Source: a virus. Taken from it: DNA of 64,000 nt. Below, one piece after another: positions 38,651 through 48,197 of the stretch. Below the pieces are notes generated by a model. That model was not told the origin of the DNA, ran no database searches, and worked only from the letters and a program-made list of their open reading frames with translations. Where the stretch lies: the IMG/VR virus record IMGVR_UViG_3300038410_000026, positions 1-64,000 of that record; one strand, given 5' to 3'. Position numbers and translations under genes: made by a program. Within the stretch, counting starts at the first letter, position 1. The number at the start of each line of letters is the position of its first letter.

Positions 38651-38952
38651 TGGCTCTGCGCTTATTGAACGCAAGGGATGTTAAGACCAGGATGAAAGCG
38701 GGAACGTTGGCTCTCAAAACTGGAAAACCTCGTATTCCCAGATATTTAAGTCAGGCGCAGAAAAAGCGGATCAGCCGTTCGGTCGCGCTTTGCGAGCTTT
38801 ATTTCAAAGACGGAATGGGAGTGGAAGAGATCGCTGCCAAGATCGGGAAGACTCATCAGCGAGTCAGCCAGATCCTCAATTTCGGAGTCAATTTCCTGAT
38901 CGATGAAGGCTACATTTATGTTTCTATCGTTCCTTCGGAGCCAGAAGCATAA
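38650..38952 (+). CDS. Sigma70 region-4-like HTH protein
   Basis: LYFKDGMGVEEIAAKIGKTHQRVSQIL. Confidence 0.65.
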   Translation: MALRLLNARDVKTRMKAGTLALKTGKPRIPRYLSQAQKKRISRSVALCELYFKDGMGVEEIAAKIGKTHQRVSQILNFGVNFLIDEGYIYVSIVPSEPEA

Positions 38953-39158
38953 GGCTCCGAGTCGGATTTGAAACGCTTGAGTTCCGAAGCCATGGCGTCG
39001 AAGGCGCGACCAAAATTCCGATGGTTCAAACTCTGGATGAATTCCATCGTTTTGGGATCTACGCGACCGAACACCAGGACTCTTTTCCTGTCTTCAGGTA
39101 GCTTGGGGCGCATTTGTGATGATTTTATTTAAAACTTCGATTTGTGTCAACAAGACAA

Positions 39159-39588
39159 TATGGGCACGATTTCCATTGTTGCGATAACAATTGCCGTTAC
39201 CGTATCGTTGGCGGCGATTGTTTATGTGGTTTATGCGGCGCTTCGCGCTCTACTTGATTTACGTAAACATCTTGAGAGCCTGTGCGCTGCTGTCCAAAAG
39301 GAAACCGAGGCGGTGATCGACTCCGGACAGAACATGGGAAAGCTGGTGATGTTCTCACAGGATCTCCGCAAGCTCGTCGAGATGCAGGCCGAGCAATTAA
39401 AGGCCACCCAAGAGACCATCAAGCTGCTGCACAACTCTCTGTTTTCAGAAGACAGCAAGGGCTACATCCCGTACTCCGAGGAGGCAGCGAACAAGGCGGC
39501 GGATCTGTTTGAGGAGATGGCTTCCGATCCCGAGATTCAGAGAAAGAAGAACCGGGACGTGTGGAAGAATTTGAGGTACAGCGAATGA
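39159..39588 (+). CDS. Membrane-anchored coiled-coil protein
   Basis: N-terminal TM segment. Confidence 0.5.
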
Positions 39589-40313
39589 CAAGAGAGAAGT
39601 TTATCCGTGTCACCAAGCGGATTCTGGATCGCACGAAGGAGGGAGAATCGACAGCGGCAGTAGCCGAAAGGATTGCCGACGCGCTGGAGATGCTGATGGA
39701 CATTGAAGGCGATGCGCCCGCTCCAGAAGCAGAGCCGGTCGATTGGCCGGTTGTCGAAATGGAGCCGCCCAAAAAACCTCCTGTACGTGCCGAAATTGTC
39801 TCGATTCCAGACTCACCCGCCGTGATCCCATCTTCTGGCCAGCCGATTACCATCTACAGTACCCGTCCTCAAACCGAGCCGAGCAAGCCTCAGTTCTTTT
39901 CTCAACAGGAAATCATGGATCGCGTAAAATTCGCAATCGATCTTTTTCAGAGAGCCACCCCAGGAAAGATCGTTGTGGTCCCTGATGGCACCAACACCGA
40001 GCTAAGTCTTGACAGAGACATCGTTTCAGACGTAGTTTCGGGAACCATCAAGATCACCTATAGCCTATCCGGCCAAGTGGCCCCTTCTCCTAGCGACCCC
40101 TATAAAACAGAGCCAATGTCCATAGACCGGATAGCCTACGAAGTCGTATCGGTGCTCGAAGACCCGCTTCCTTCTCCTGACGACCTAATGGTAAAAATCA
40201 GGCAGAGGGCGAGAGAGGTGTTCCGAGCGGGGCCGAAAGAGATCCGGAGTTCCACTCCGGTACGAACTGGCTCGTTGAGGTTTGATTCCTCTTCTCCGCA
40301 CACGGAAGTCTAG
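39585..40313 (+). CDS. Hypothetical protein
   Basis: ATGA overlap with the upstream gene. Confidence 0.55.
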   Translation: MTREKFIRVTKRILDRTKEGESTAAVAERIADALEMLMDIEGDAPAPEAEPVDWPVVEMEPPKKPPVRAEIVSIPDSPAVIPSSGQPITIYSTRPQTEPSKPQFFSQQEIMDRVKFAIDLFQRATPGKIVVVPDGTNTELSLDRDIVSDVVSGTIKITYSLSGQVAPSPSDPYKTEPMSIDRIAYEVVSVLEDPLPSPDDLMVKIRQRAREVFRAGPKEIRSSTPVRTGSLRFDSSSPHTEV

Positions 40314-40494
40314 CCGCTCCAATCGTATATTTTTCTTGAGTCAGTACCGATAGTACGATTAGACTGTCCACGAGGGCCTATGAAAGCATGACTTCTCTTT
40401 TGCGAGGGGTATGCTCTGCGCGTATAGATGCGCAGCCGGAGTATGGACTAGCCCTTTACCCTATAAAAACAAAACGGATAAAGGACGATGCCAA

Positions 40495-40779
40495 ATGAAC
40501 CTCCTGCTTTTCCTGCTTCCTTTCGTGGCGGCTCAATCGGTAGATCTGGTTCCCGACAAGCTCGAAAAGATCGGGATCATCGGTTTGATGGGAGTAGCGA
40601 TATGGGTGCAATACCGAGAAAACCGCGCCAAGGAGGCACACAATCTGAAGATGGCAGAAAGCCTCACATCTACCTTGGCGGTAATCGAATCGATGACGGA
40701 GGCCCTGGAGAGGCTTTCAAAGAAAATCGAGGGATGTCCCCAGTGGAGAGACTCATTGACGAATTCCACCGAAAAATGA
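40495..40779 (+). CDS. Small membrane protein (holin-like candidate)
   Basis: Two hydrophobic segments then charged coiled tail. Confidence 0.4.
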   Translation: MNLLLFLLPFVAAQSVDLVPDKLEKIGIIGLMGVAIWVQYRENRAKEAHNLKMAESLTSTLAVIESMTEALERLSKKIEGCPQWRDSLTNSTEK

Positions 40780-40816
40780 TTACAATGAAAGACAGGATCG
40801 ATAAAATCGCCACCTG

Positions 40817-41212
40817 ATGGCCAAGAAGAAACCTACGGCTCTAGCTGTAGTCCCTTCTGTTGAGAAGGAGAAGCTGCCTTCCGAAGTTACCTCCTCCAAG
40901 CTTTATCAGCGTAAAAAAGTCAACAAAAACAACCTGCCCAATTACCAGGAGCGGATGCTCCTGCTGTTTGCCCCTCACATCATTCCCGAGACGATGAAGT
41001 CGATTTATTCCCAGGTGAAGGAAGGGAACAAGGACGCCATTCAGTTGGCGCTCCAGATCTATAACTTCATCCAGCGTCAGGGCGGAGTTTCGGTTGTCAA
41101 CAATATCTTCAACCAGAACAACAACTCTTCCGCCAATGAACGCGCCTTTGACGCCATCGCCCGCCGCCTCGGAGAATCCGTAGAGACCATCACTCTCAAG
41201 CCGGAGAACTGA
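40817..41212 (+). CDS. Putative terminase small subunit
   Basis: Position directly before TerL; small helical basic protein. Confidence 0.45.
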   Translation: MAKKKPTALAVVPSVEKEKLPSEVTSSKLYQRKKVNKNNLPNYQERMLLLFAPHIIPETMKSIYSQVKEGNKDAIQLALQIYNFIQRQGGVSVVNNIFNQNNNSSANERAFDAIARRLGESVETITLKPEN

Positions 41213-41213
41213 T

Positions 41214-43376
41214 ATGCCGCGAGACGCGGGCGTCACCGAATTGATCGAATACTTCGATCAGCCCGAGCGTGCCGAGCAGTTGGACAAGCTGACCGCCAAG
41301 GAGATGCGCGTCATCGAGGCAGAGATTGAGCGTTGCCAGCGCGATTTCGTTTATTGCGCCCGCAACTATTTTTGGATCACGGATAAGGATGGAGTGGATC
41401 AGCTATTCGACCTGTGGGAATCGCAGGAGTTAATCCTCGAAAAACTGGATTACCTTTCGCAGCGTAAGCGGCCTCGCCGCCTCATGGTCATCAAGGCCCG
41501 CCAGCTTGGTTGCAGTTTGTTGATCGAGGCTCTGATTGCGTGGCAGACGATGTTCTACCCCAATCAGAATGCGCTGATCGTATCCCATTCGGACGATCAT
41601 GGCGGCTACCTGTTCTCGCTGATGCTGCACATCTACGATCAGATGCCGTGGTGGCTCAAGCCCATGCTCGCCACGCGCAAGTACGACACGGGCCTCCATT
41701 TCGCCAATCCAAACCTCGACATGCGCCGCATCAGCCCAGGGATGAACTCCAAGGTTGTGGTGCAGTCGGCCATGCAGACCACGGGCGTCGGCCAAGGCTA
41801 TCGTCTGTCGGCTGTCCATGCCAGTGAATACTCGGACTGGGAGGAGCGCCGGGCCAAGGAGATCATCGATGGCGATCTCCGCTATGCACTATCGGAAAAG
41901 CCCAAGACCTTCGCCATCCTCGAAACGACAGCCAAAGGAGCGGGCACCTACACCGAGAGCCTTTGGCTGGCTAATGTGAAGCTGGCAGAAAGAGCCGAAT
42001 GGTATCCGCTCTTTCTGCCCTGGTTCTTTGAAAAGGGGCGCTTTATTCCCCCGGAAACCGGGTGGGTAGTGCCAGAACGCGAAGCGGCCATGCGTGACCG
42101 CGTGAGCAAGGAATGGGTGCGGTGCGACAATCCGAAGTGCGGACGTTTCAAGGAATCTCATTTCCTGGGAGACCCATTGTTCGGCTTCCCCTGTCCGGAC
42201 TGTGCTTCAGGCATACTGCGGGAATACATATTGCAGGACGATCAGCTTTGTTGGATGTGGCAGGAGCGCATCAACAAGGAAGCCAAGGGTTCGGAGTCGG
42301 TCAAAGAATTACGCCAGGAACTTGCCACAACGCCCGAGGAAGCGTTTCAGTTGACAGGAATCCAGGTTTTTCCTGCCGATTGCCATGAATGGGTGAACGA
42401 GACCGTTGAGCAGTATCCTTTGGCCGTGGGAAACCTCGATGACAAGGGACGCTTTCACGGACCCAAGAGTTGGAAAACCGGAGAGTGCTGGCAGGAGTGG
42501 TGCAGGGCGGATCATCGCTATGAGCCGGAGCACCCGTTGAAAATCTGGGAGTGGCCCGATCTGAAGCGCCGTTATGTGGTTGGCGTGGATGTATCGGAGG
42601 GGATCGGGGACAGTGATTCCGATTCCGACTTCTCGGTGGGCTGGGTCAATAAGTTGGGAGAAAACGGCGGTCCAGATGTGCATGTGGCCACTTACCGCTC
42701 AAACCGCATCGACCCAGGGGCTTTCGCGGTTCCTGTAAACTTTTTGGGGCGCTGGTATAACGATGCCCTGATGAGCATCGAGTACAACATCTTCCAGACC
42801 ACCGCAGATCTGGTCAAGAACTACTTCATGTATCCGAACCTGTTTCGCTGGAAGCATCCGGATAACGACAAGATGTTGAGCCACAAGGTTCATTGGATGA
42901 CCCAGATAAACACCAAGTCGAAGCTGTGGCAAACCGCCATCAAATGGTTACGGGCAAGGCTGTGGGTTGTCCGAGATCCCATTTTCGCGGAGGAAATGAA
43001 GAGGTTTCAGAAGGAAGACTACGAGGACAAGAAAGCTTCGGCGGCATCGGGAAGCCATGACGACGTGATTATGGCGGCTATGATCGCCCTTTATACCAGT
43101 CACGATCTCGATTGGGATGAGGCCGGGGTAGGGACTCCCCAGCATATTGCCAGCGATGCCGTTCTGCCTTCCGCCAACTGGATGATGCGCTGTCGGCGCT
43201 GCGACCATGCTTTTCCGGCAGACAAGCCATCGGTTCCAGGATGTCCGAATTGCGGTTCGATCATGCTATCTGGGCGCAAGATGGAATCGGAAAGCGCAGC
43301 CCGGACCCTTGATTTTCAGGAAATGGCATATAAAGGTCGAGGAAGTAGCGAGAATTTCGATTACGATCTATTGTGA
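41214..43376 (+). CDS. terL: Terminase large subunit
   Basis: VIKARQLGCS, VHASE, ETTAKG, VVGVDVSEG, HDDVIMA; contains CxxC insertions. Confidence 0.92.
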   Translation: MPRDAGVTELIEYFDQPERAEQLDKLTAKEMRVIEAEIERCQRDFVYCARNYFWITDKDGVDQLFDLWESQELILEKLDYLSQRKRPRRLMVIKARQLGCSLLIEALIAWQTMFYPNQNALIVSHSDDHGGYLFSLMLHIYDQMPWWLKPMLATRKYDTGLHFANPNLDMRRISPGMNSKVVVQSAMQTTGVGQGYRLSAVHASEYSDWEERRAKEIIDGDLRYALSEKPKTFAILETTAKGAGTYTESLWLANVKLAERAEWYPLFLPWFFEKGRFIPPETGWVVPEREAAMRDRVSKEWVRCDNPKCGRFKESHFLGDPLFGFPCPDCASGILREYILQDDQLCWMWQERINKEAKGSESVKELRQELATTPEEAFQLTGIQVFPADCHEWVNETVEQYPLAVGNLDDKGRFHGPKSWKTGECWQEWCRADHRYEPEHPLKIWEWPDLKRRYVVGVDVSEGIGDSDSDSDFSVGWVNKLGENGGPDVHVATYRSNRIDPGAFAVPVNFLGRWYNDALMSIEYNIFQTTADLVKNYFMYPNLFRWKHPDNDKMLSHKVHWMTQINTKSKLWQTAIKWLRARLWVVRDPIFAEEMKRFQKEDYEDKKASAASGSHDDVIMAAMIALYTSHDLDWDEAGVGTPQHIASDAVLPSANWMMRCRRCDHAFPADKPSVPGCPNCGSIMLSGRKMESESAARTLDFQEMAYKGRGSSENFDYDLL

Positions 43377-43383
43377 GGAGCCT

Positions 43384-43920
43384 ATGGCGAAAGGCAAGGA
43401 AGTTACATTTTCTGTTGACATTAACCTATCTGAACATAATGTCAACTTATTGCTGGCTTCAGCTAAACAGTCCGGACCCAGTTCTCAAATCATCGGACGC
43501 ATGGCGGCGGGGGTCCTGACTGAAATCGCAGAAGGTGGGGTGCTGCTTCCTAAGTCGGTGGTAGACCGGATCGTGGAGATGATGGGCAGCTTATCCAACC
43601 CCCGTGACCTGATCCCGGTGGTTGAAAAAGCATATAACCGCAAAGACGGGCAGGTGGCCGCTGAATGGCGCATCGATCCGATCTATATGCCTTATCTCGA
43701 AGATGCGGCCATCTCGCAGGGCAGAACCGTGCAGCAGCTAATCCAGGATTGCATGGACACGGCCATGGACAAGGGGTGGTTGTACGAGCTTGATCCGCAG
43801 CCCCACAGGCTCTTGATCACAGCCGAAGACATGGAAGCATTGCGTGGGGCGCTGGGCAAGGATGATGTCCACGGCTCTGATCTCGTGGAATACATTCTTC
43901 AGCAGCGAGAGGCAGCCTAA
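43384..43920 (+). CDS. Hypothetical protein (possible ribbon-helix-helix repeats)
   Basis: GAGGAG RBS. Confidence 0.55.
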   Translation: MAKGKEVTFSVDINLSEHNVNLLLASAKQSGPSSQIIGRMAAGVLTEIAEGGVLLPKSVVDRIVEMMGSLSNPRDLIPVVEKAYNRKDGQVAAEWRIDPIYMPYLEDAAISQGRTVQQLIQDCMDTAMDKGWLYELDPQPHRLLITAEDMEALRGALGKDDVHGSDLVEYILQQREAA

Positions 43921-44309
43921 TGCCGATTTACGAAGCACTATGCGAACGGTGCAACGTAAAAACCGAATGGTATGCCAAGTCGCGTACCGACGAGAATAAG
44001 CCCTGCCGATGCTGCGGAGGCGAAACGAGACGTTTGGCGAGCGCGTTTGGTGTGATCTGGACGGGCGCAATTACGCCGAAGTACACCGATCACAACAAAC
44101 CCGATTCGGCTGGTCCGCACTGGGCCTATCGGGTGCGAAGCTCGAAGAGCGGAAATCCCGAGCCGGTGCTGATCGACACGTGGGCCAAGCAGAAGCAGTT
44201 CTGCAAGGAAGAAGGATTGGTGGTTCCGTCTGATTTGCCGTCCAATGCGGAGGTTTCTGCGGATGGAAAGAAGCTCCAATCGGCTGGCATGTCCGGACAG
44301 TGGATATAA
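43920..44309 (+). CDS. FmdB-like zinc ribbon protein
   Basis: MPIYEALCERC...CRCCGG. Confidence 0.7.
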   Translation: MPIYEALCERCNVKTEWYAKSRTDENKPCRCCGGETRRLASAFGVIWTGAITPKYTDHNKPDSAGPHWAYRVRSSKSGNPEPVLIDTWAKQKQFCKEEGLVVPSDLPSNAEVSADGKKLQSAGMSGQWI

Positions 44310-44340
44310 AGAAAACCACGTCCAGATCTGGACATAAACT

Positions 44341-46209
44341 ATGGCTACTTTGGAGTTGGTTCCTCGCGGCCCGGTGGCTTATGGCCGCAGCGGAAACATG
44401 GACTATGCCGATGACTATCGGCGGAAAATGATCAAGTGGCGGGATGCTGCCCGCGACGAAGCCATCAATACCGTTCGTCTCAATCCAGAATTCACGGATG
44501 TCGGCAAGTACATCGATTGGATTGAAGGACGCCAGTGGAGAGAAGATCGACCGAAGTACCGTTCCCGCTTCTTCGACAACCGGGTAGCCCGCCTCCGCGT
44601 TGATTCCATCAGCTTGTTGACCGACATCCGGCCCGCGCTTGAAGTGACGGCGGCAGTGCAGGCATACGAAACCCAAGCCAAACTCTGCGAGGCCATCGTC
44701 AAGCATGAGTGGTACAGGCTGAACCTAGATCTTGAAATCGGTAAGGTTATCGATCACGCTCTGTTTTCAGTGGGTTACTGGAAAATCGGCGCTCTGATGC
44801 CGGGGGTTATGACGATATCCCCTTGCGGTATGGATAAAGTCTTGCCCATCATGCCGGGAGACAGTCTTCAGGAATCAGTGGGTGTTTTATATCGTGGTTA
44901 CAAGCCAATACAATATTTCCGTGCGAAATGGGGGGAGAAGGCCAACGGTCTTGAGAAGTACGCCACCAGCATCACCTGGACCAATAGTTCAAACGAATAC
45001 GTAAGGCCGGGTCACATCACCGAATACACCTGGAACTCGCTCTCCCCACAGATGAAGCGGCACCTCGGTATGCGCTCCATGCGCAAGCAACCCCAGGACC
45101 GCAGCCCCTTTCCGGTGATCGAACACGAAGAATATTGGATTGACGATCCCGAGATCAACGATTCCGAGGTGGAGGTGACGGTCAAAGATCCGGATATGTC
45201 GCCATCCGATCACAACTATTGGTATCTGGTCCCCGCTGGCGGAAGGCTATGGCCGCGCAAGCGGCTGATCGTTTTCGGCGGCGACAAGATCATGTACGAC
45301 GGCCCGAGCCCTTATTGGCACGGGCTTTACCCCTTTGCCGAACTGATTCTGAATCCCATGGTCTGGGCTCCGGGCGGTCTGTCGAAGTATCGGGACATGA
45401 TGCCCATCGCAAAGGCTCTCAACGAGGTGGGTGCCGGGACGCTAGATGTGGTGAAGCGGGCCATTAACCCGGTGGTGGTCACCAAGGAAGGCGCGATCCG
45501 CCAGCAGACCTTCGAGCAGTTTCAGCCGGATATGCCGGGAGGCAGGCTGAAGATGACCCCCAACTCCTCGGTGTCTCAGGACCTGCGATACATCGATCCG
45601 CCCAATATACCGGCCTATGTGGGGACCTTCCATCAATACATCAACCAGGAATTCGACCGTCTCTCCGGGACATTGGATATAAACAAATTGAGCGGTAAGA
45701 AACAGGTTCCTGGGGGCGACACCATCGAACAGATGCGGGATTCCATGCAGACCGGATTCCGGTTGGAGTCGCGCTACATGGAGCCTTTTCTGCGCGACGT
45801 TGGAGCACAGTTCATCTCGAATATCTTTCAGTTCTATACGCGCCAGCAGCGCATGAGGATTCTCGGGGCGGACGGTCTTACCTGGGAAGACTTCGACTAC
45901 GATCCGGACAACATGACCCCCTGGTCTGAACCACGCTATGATCACTGGAAAAAGTTCGTCATCCGTGTAGCTCCGGGGTCTTTGCATGGTGGAGCCAAGG
46001 ATCGCAACAAGCAGGTGGCCATCGCCCTATTCCGCTTGGGAGCAATCTCCCGCAGGCATCTGCTCCGCACGCTAGATTTTCCGGATGGGTTAATCGAGAA
46101 GGTCGAGCAAGAACTAAAAACGGAGCGAGAATCACTGCCTCCTATGGCCACTGGCAAGGGCCGCGTCCCCCGCATGACTCGCAGCGCCCGCAACGCCAGC
46201 CCCTTCTAG
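44341..46209 (+). CDS. Portal protein
   Basis: 622 aa after TerL; YDGPSPYWHGLYPF typical of podovirus-like portals. Confidence 0.8.
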   Translation: MATLELVPRGPVAYGRSGNMDYADDYRRKMIKWRDAARDEAINTVRLNPEFTDVGKYIDWIEGRQWREDRPKYRSRFFDNRVARLRVDSISLLTDIRPALEVTAAVQAYETQAKLCEAIVKHEWYRLNLDLEIGKVIDHALFSVGYWKIGALMPGVMTISPCGMDKVLPIMPGDSLQESVGVLYRGYKPIQYFRAKWGEKANGLEKYATSITWTNSSNEYVRPGHITEYTWNSLSPQMKRHLGMRSMRKQPQDRSPFPVIEHEEYWIDDPEINDSEVEVTVKDPDMSPSDHNYWYLVPAGGRLWPRKRLIVFGGDKIMYDGPSPYWHGLYPFAELILNPMVWAPGGLSKYRDMMPIAKALNEVGAGTLDVVKRAINPVVVTKEGAIRQQTFEQFQPDMPGGRLKMTPNSSVSQDLRYIDPPNIPAYVGTFHQYINQEFDRLSGTLDINKLSGKKQVPGGDTIEQMRDSMQTGFRLESRYMEPFLRDVGAQFISNIFQFYTRQQRMRILGADGLTWEDFDYDPDNMTPWSEPRYDHWKKFVIRVAPGSLHGGAKDRNKQVAIALFRLGAISRRHLLRTLDFPDGLIEKVEQELKTERESLPPMATGKGRVPRMTRSARNASPF

Positions 46210-46244
46210 TTTCTGTAAACAATTAGAAATAAAGGCACTTACGC

Positions 46245-46273
46245 TTGACAAAGCCAGAAGTGTAACTTATTTT
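46245..46273 (+). promoter_or_regulatory. Promoter TTGACA-17-TATTTT for the head gene operon
   Basis: Consensus -35 and 17-bp spacer in the gap after the portal gene. Confidence 0.65.
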
Positions 46274-46314
46274 GTTGGTGTCAGCGGCGGTGCGTGACAG
46301 AAAGGGGGTTCTGC

Positions 46315-46353
46315 ATGGCAAGACGAAGGCGGCGTGGCAAGAAAGCGCGGTAG
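46315..46353 (+). CDS. Arg-rich micro-ORF MARRRRRGKKAR
   Basis: AAGGGGG RBS; manual translation. Confidence 0.55.
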   Translation: MARRRRRGKKAR

Positions 46354-46451
46354 TGCTTCTGCCCGAGCGGAGCGCGGGACGTAATCTTACGTCATGCGTC
46401 TGATCGCGTCCCGTCTCGATTCAAGACGGGAATTAAACAAGGAGGTGGAAT

Positions 46452-46493
46452 ATGGCACGTCGAGGCCGTCGCCGTGGTCGGAAACATCGCTAG
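46452..46493 (+). CDS. Arg-rich micro-ORF MARRGRRRGRKHR
   Basis: AAGGAGGT RBS; manual translation. Confidence 0.65.
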   Translation: MARRGRRRGRKHR

Positions 46494-46507
46494 AAAAGGA
46501 ATCCGCT

Positions 46508-46570
46508 ATGGCTAATCCAAGGCAGTTGGCCCGAAAGGGAAAGAAAAGAATGTCGAAGAGGTGTTACTGA
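46508..46570 (+). CDS. Basic micro-ORF MANPRQLARKGKKRMSKRCY
   Basis: AAGGA RBS; TGATG coupling to the next gene. Confidence 0.5.
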   Translation: MANPRQLARKGKKRMSKRCY

Positions 46571-46884
46571 TGGCAAGAGGCAAGGGTCAGTATCAGATTG
46601 TGGGCGATGAGCAGAAACTGAGCCACAAGCCGGTTAGCTCTCCGTCCGCGAATCCGAAGAGTGGGCAATCGCAACTCGTAGGAGATTCGGTTTCCCTTTC
46701 GCGCACGCCCGTACAATCACCCTCCGCCAATCCTCGCAGCGGACAATTCGATTTGGTCGGGGATACTGTTTCGCTGAATCGTACTCCCGTGAAGGGATGG
46801 GGTTCGGCTGCGAATCTTCCGATGTCTGAACGCGCTATTCAGCAGTCGAACACGGCTGCTGGAAAAGGCGGCAAGAAGAAGTAA
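46570..46884 (+). CDS. Small protein with three 26-aa internal repeats
   Basis: GQxxxVGDxxxLxxxPVxSPSANPxS repeated. Confidence 0.65.
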   Translation: MARGKGQYQIVGDEQKLSHKPVSSPSANPKSGQSQLVGDSVSLSRTPVQSPSANPRSGQFDLVGDTVSLNRTPVKGWGSAANLPMSERAIQQSNTAAGKGGKKK

Positions 46885-47280
46885 ATGGCTGATACCCTGC
46901 CCTTCCCGGCTACCCCTCCAGCCGTGCGATCCCAACAGACCGCAGCGCCCGCTCCGGTCTTCATGATGGCTGGCCGAGACCAGATGATGGCACAGCGGCC
47001 AGGAATGCAGCAGCAACCCGGCGCAGCGGGGAATCCGATTCAGCAGTTGAAGTCCAAACTGGGCGAACTGGAAACCCTGACCGGGGACCTGATGATTCTG
47101 CTGAGGACCGTGCATCCGCCGTCCGGAGCGTTGCTTGTTCCGATTGCGCAGGCTGGAAAGGCTTTAATGTCGCAGGTTGCGGAAATTGAGCAGAGAGCGA
47201 GCGGGGCGCTTCCCTCGGGTTCTGAGGGTGCTCCGGTTCCGACACCTGCGGAGGGGGCTCCGAGAAGGGCAGCGGCCTAA
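46885..47280 (+). CDS. Hypothetical head-region protein
   Basis: Pro/Ala/Gln-rich 131 aa. Confidence 0.55.
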   Translation: MADTLPFPATPPAVRSQQTAAPAPVFMMAGRDQMMAQRPGMQQQPGAAGNPIQQLKSKLGELETLTGDLMILLRTVHPPSGALLVPIAQAGKALMSQVAEIEQRASGALPSGSEGAPVPTPAEGAPRRAAA

Positions 47281-47295
47281 AGAGAGAGGGATGGA

Positions 47296-48183
47296 ATGGG
47301 AGTTTTTGACGACATCTTGGAAAACGTCGAGGATGACGACAAGGAAATCTTCGACAAGTACCCGCAGCTTAAAGAAACGGTAGATGGCTTAGAGGCCCGT
47401 TACTCTGATGCCGACAACCGCCTGAAGGGATGGGAAAGCTGGGCGCTCAAGCACTACAACTACGACAGCGGGAAAACCACTGAGCAGATCGCAGCCGAGC
47501 GGAAAGCCCAAGAGATGGAAGCCAGAGCCAGGGCGCTGGAAGCTTTAAAGGATACGGAAATGACATTCGATGAAATCCTCGAAGGATTGAGGGGACAGGG
47601 ATTTGTCAAGCGCGACGAGATCCCCGAAGTGGTTAAGCAGGCCACTTCGGGCTTGGTGTCTCGGGAGGAATACAGCAATTCTCAAAACCAACTGGCCTTG
47701 GGATTTGAGTACATCTACAAGAAGACCGCCCATCTCCCGTCCAAGCACATGAAGGAATTCGGCGATCCGATGAACATGAATGACTTCATGGACCATTGGC
47801 AGAAGTCCGGGATCAAGGACCCGGATCAGGCTTACGAATCCTTCATCTCTCCCTTGAAGCAGGAGCGCGACAAGGTGGCGGCGGAGAAGCGGGAGAAGGA
47901 ATACCAGGATCGGGTCGAAGCCGCCCGCAAGGAAGGCGAGGAAAAAGCTCGCCGAGAAATGTCGATGGGGCAGGGTGGAAGGATTCCCAGCGACCAAGGC
48001 GGAACATCCGGGATGGGGATGTTGGAGCGACAGATTATGCAGAAGCGCACGCAATCCGGGGCACAGAAGGATAATCCCCCCGAAATCCCTGACAGCGTGA
48101 AGCTTGGCGACGGGACACTGGCCCAACTCGGGTACGAAAAGTACCTGAAAGGAGAACTCGGAGCGGACAACAAAGTTCAATAG
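47296..48183 (+). CDS. Putative capsid scaffolding protein
   Basis: Acidic coiled-coil protein directly upstream of the capsid gene. Confidence 0.6.
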   Translation: MGVFDDILENVEDDDKEIFDKYPQLKETVDGLEARYSDADNRLKGWESWALKHYNYDSGKTTEQIAAERKAQEMEARARALEALKDTEMTFDEILEGLRGQGFVKRDEIPEVVKQATSGLVSREEYSNSQNQLALGFEYIYKKTAHLPSKHMKEFGDPMNMNDFMDHWQKSGIKDPDQAYESFISPLKQERDKVAAEKREKEYQDRVEAARKEGEEKARREMSMGQGGRIPSDQGGTSGMGMLERQIMQKRTQSGAQKDNPPEIPDSVKLGDGTLAQLGYEKYLKGELGADNKVQ

Positions 48184-48197
48184 GCTCCGAATGAACT

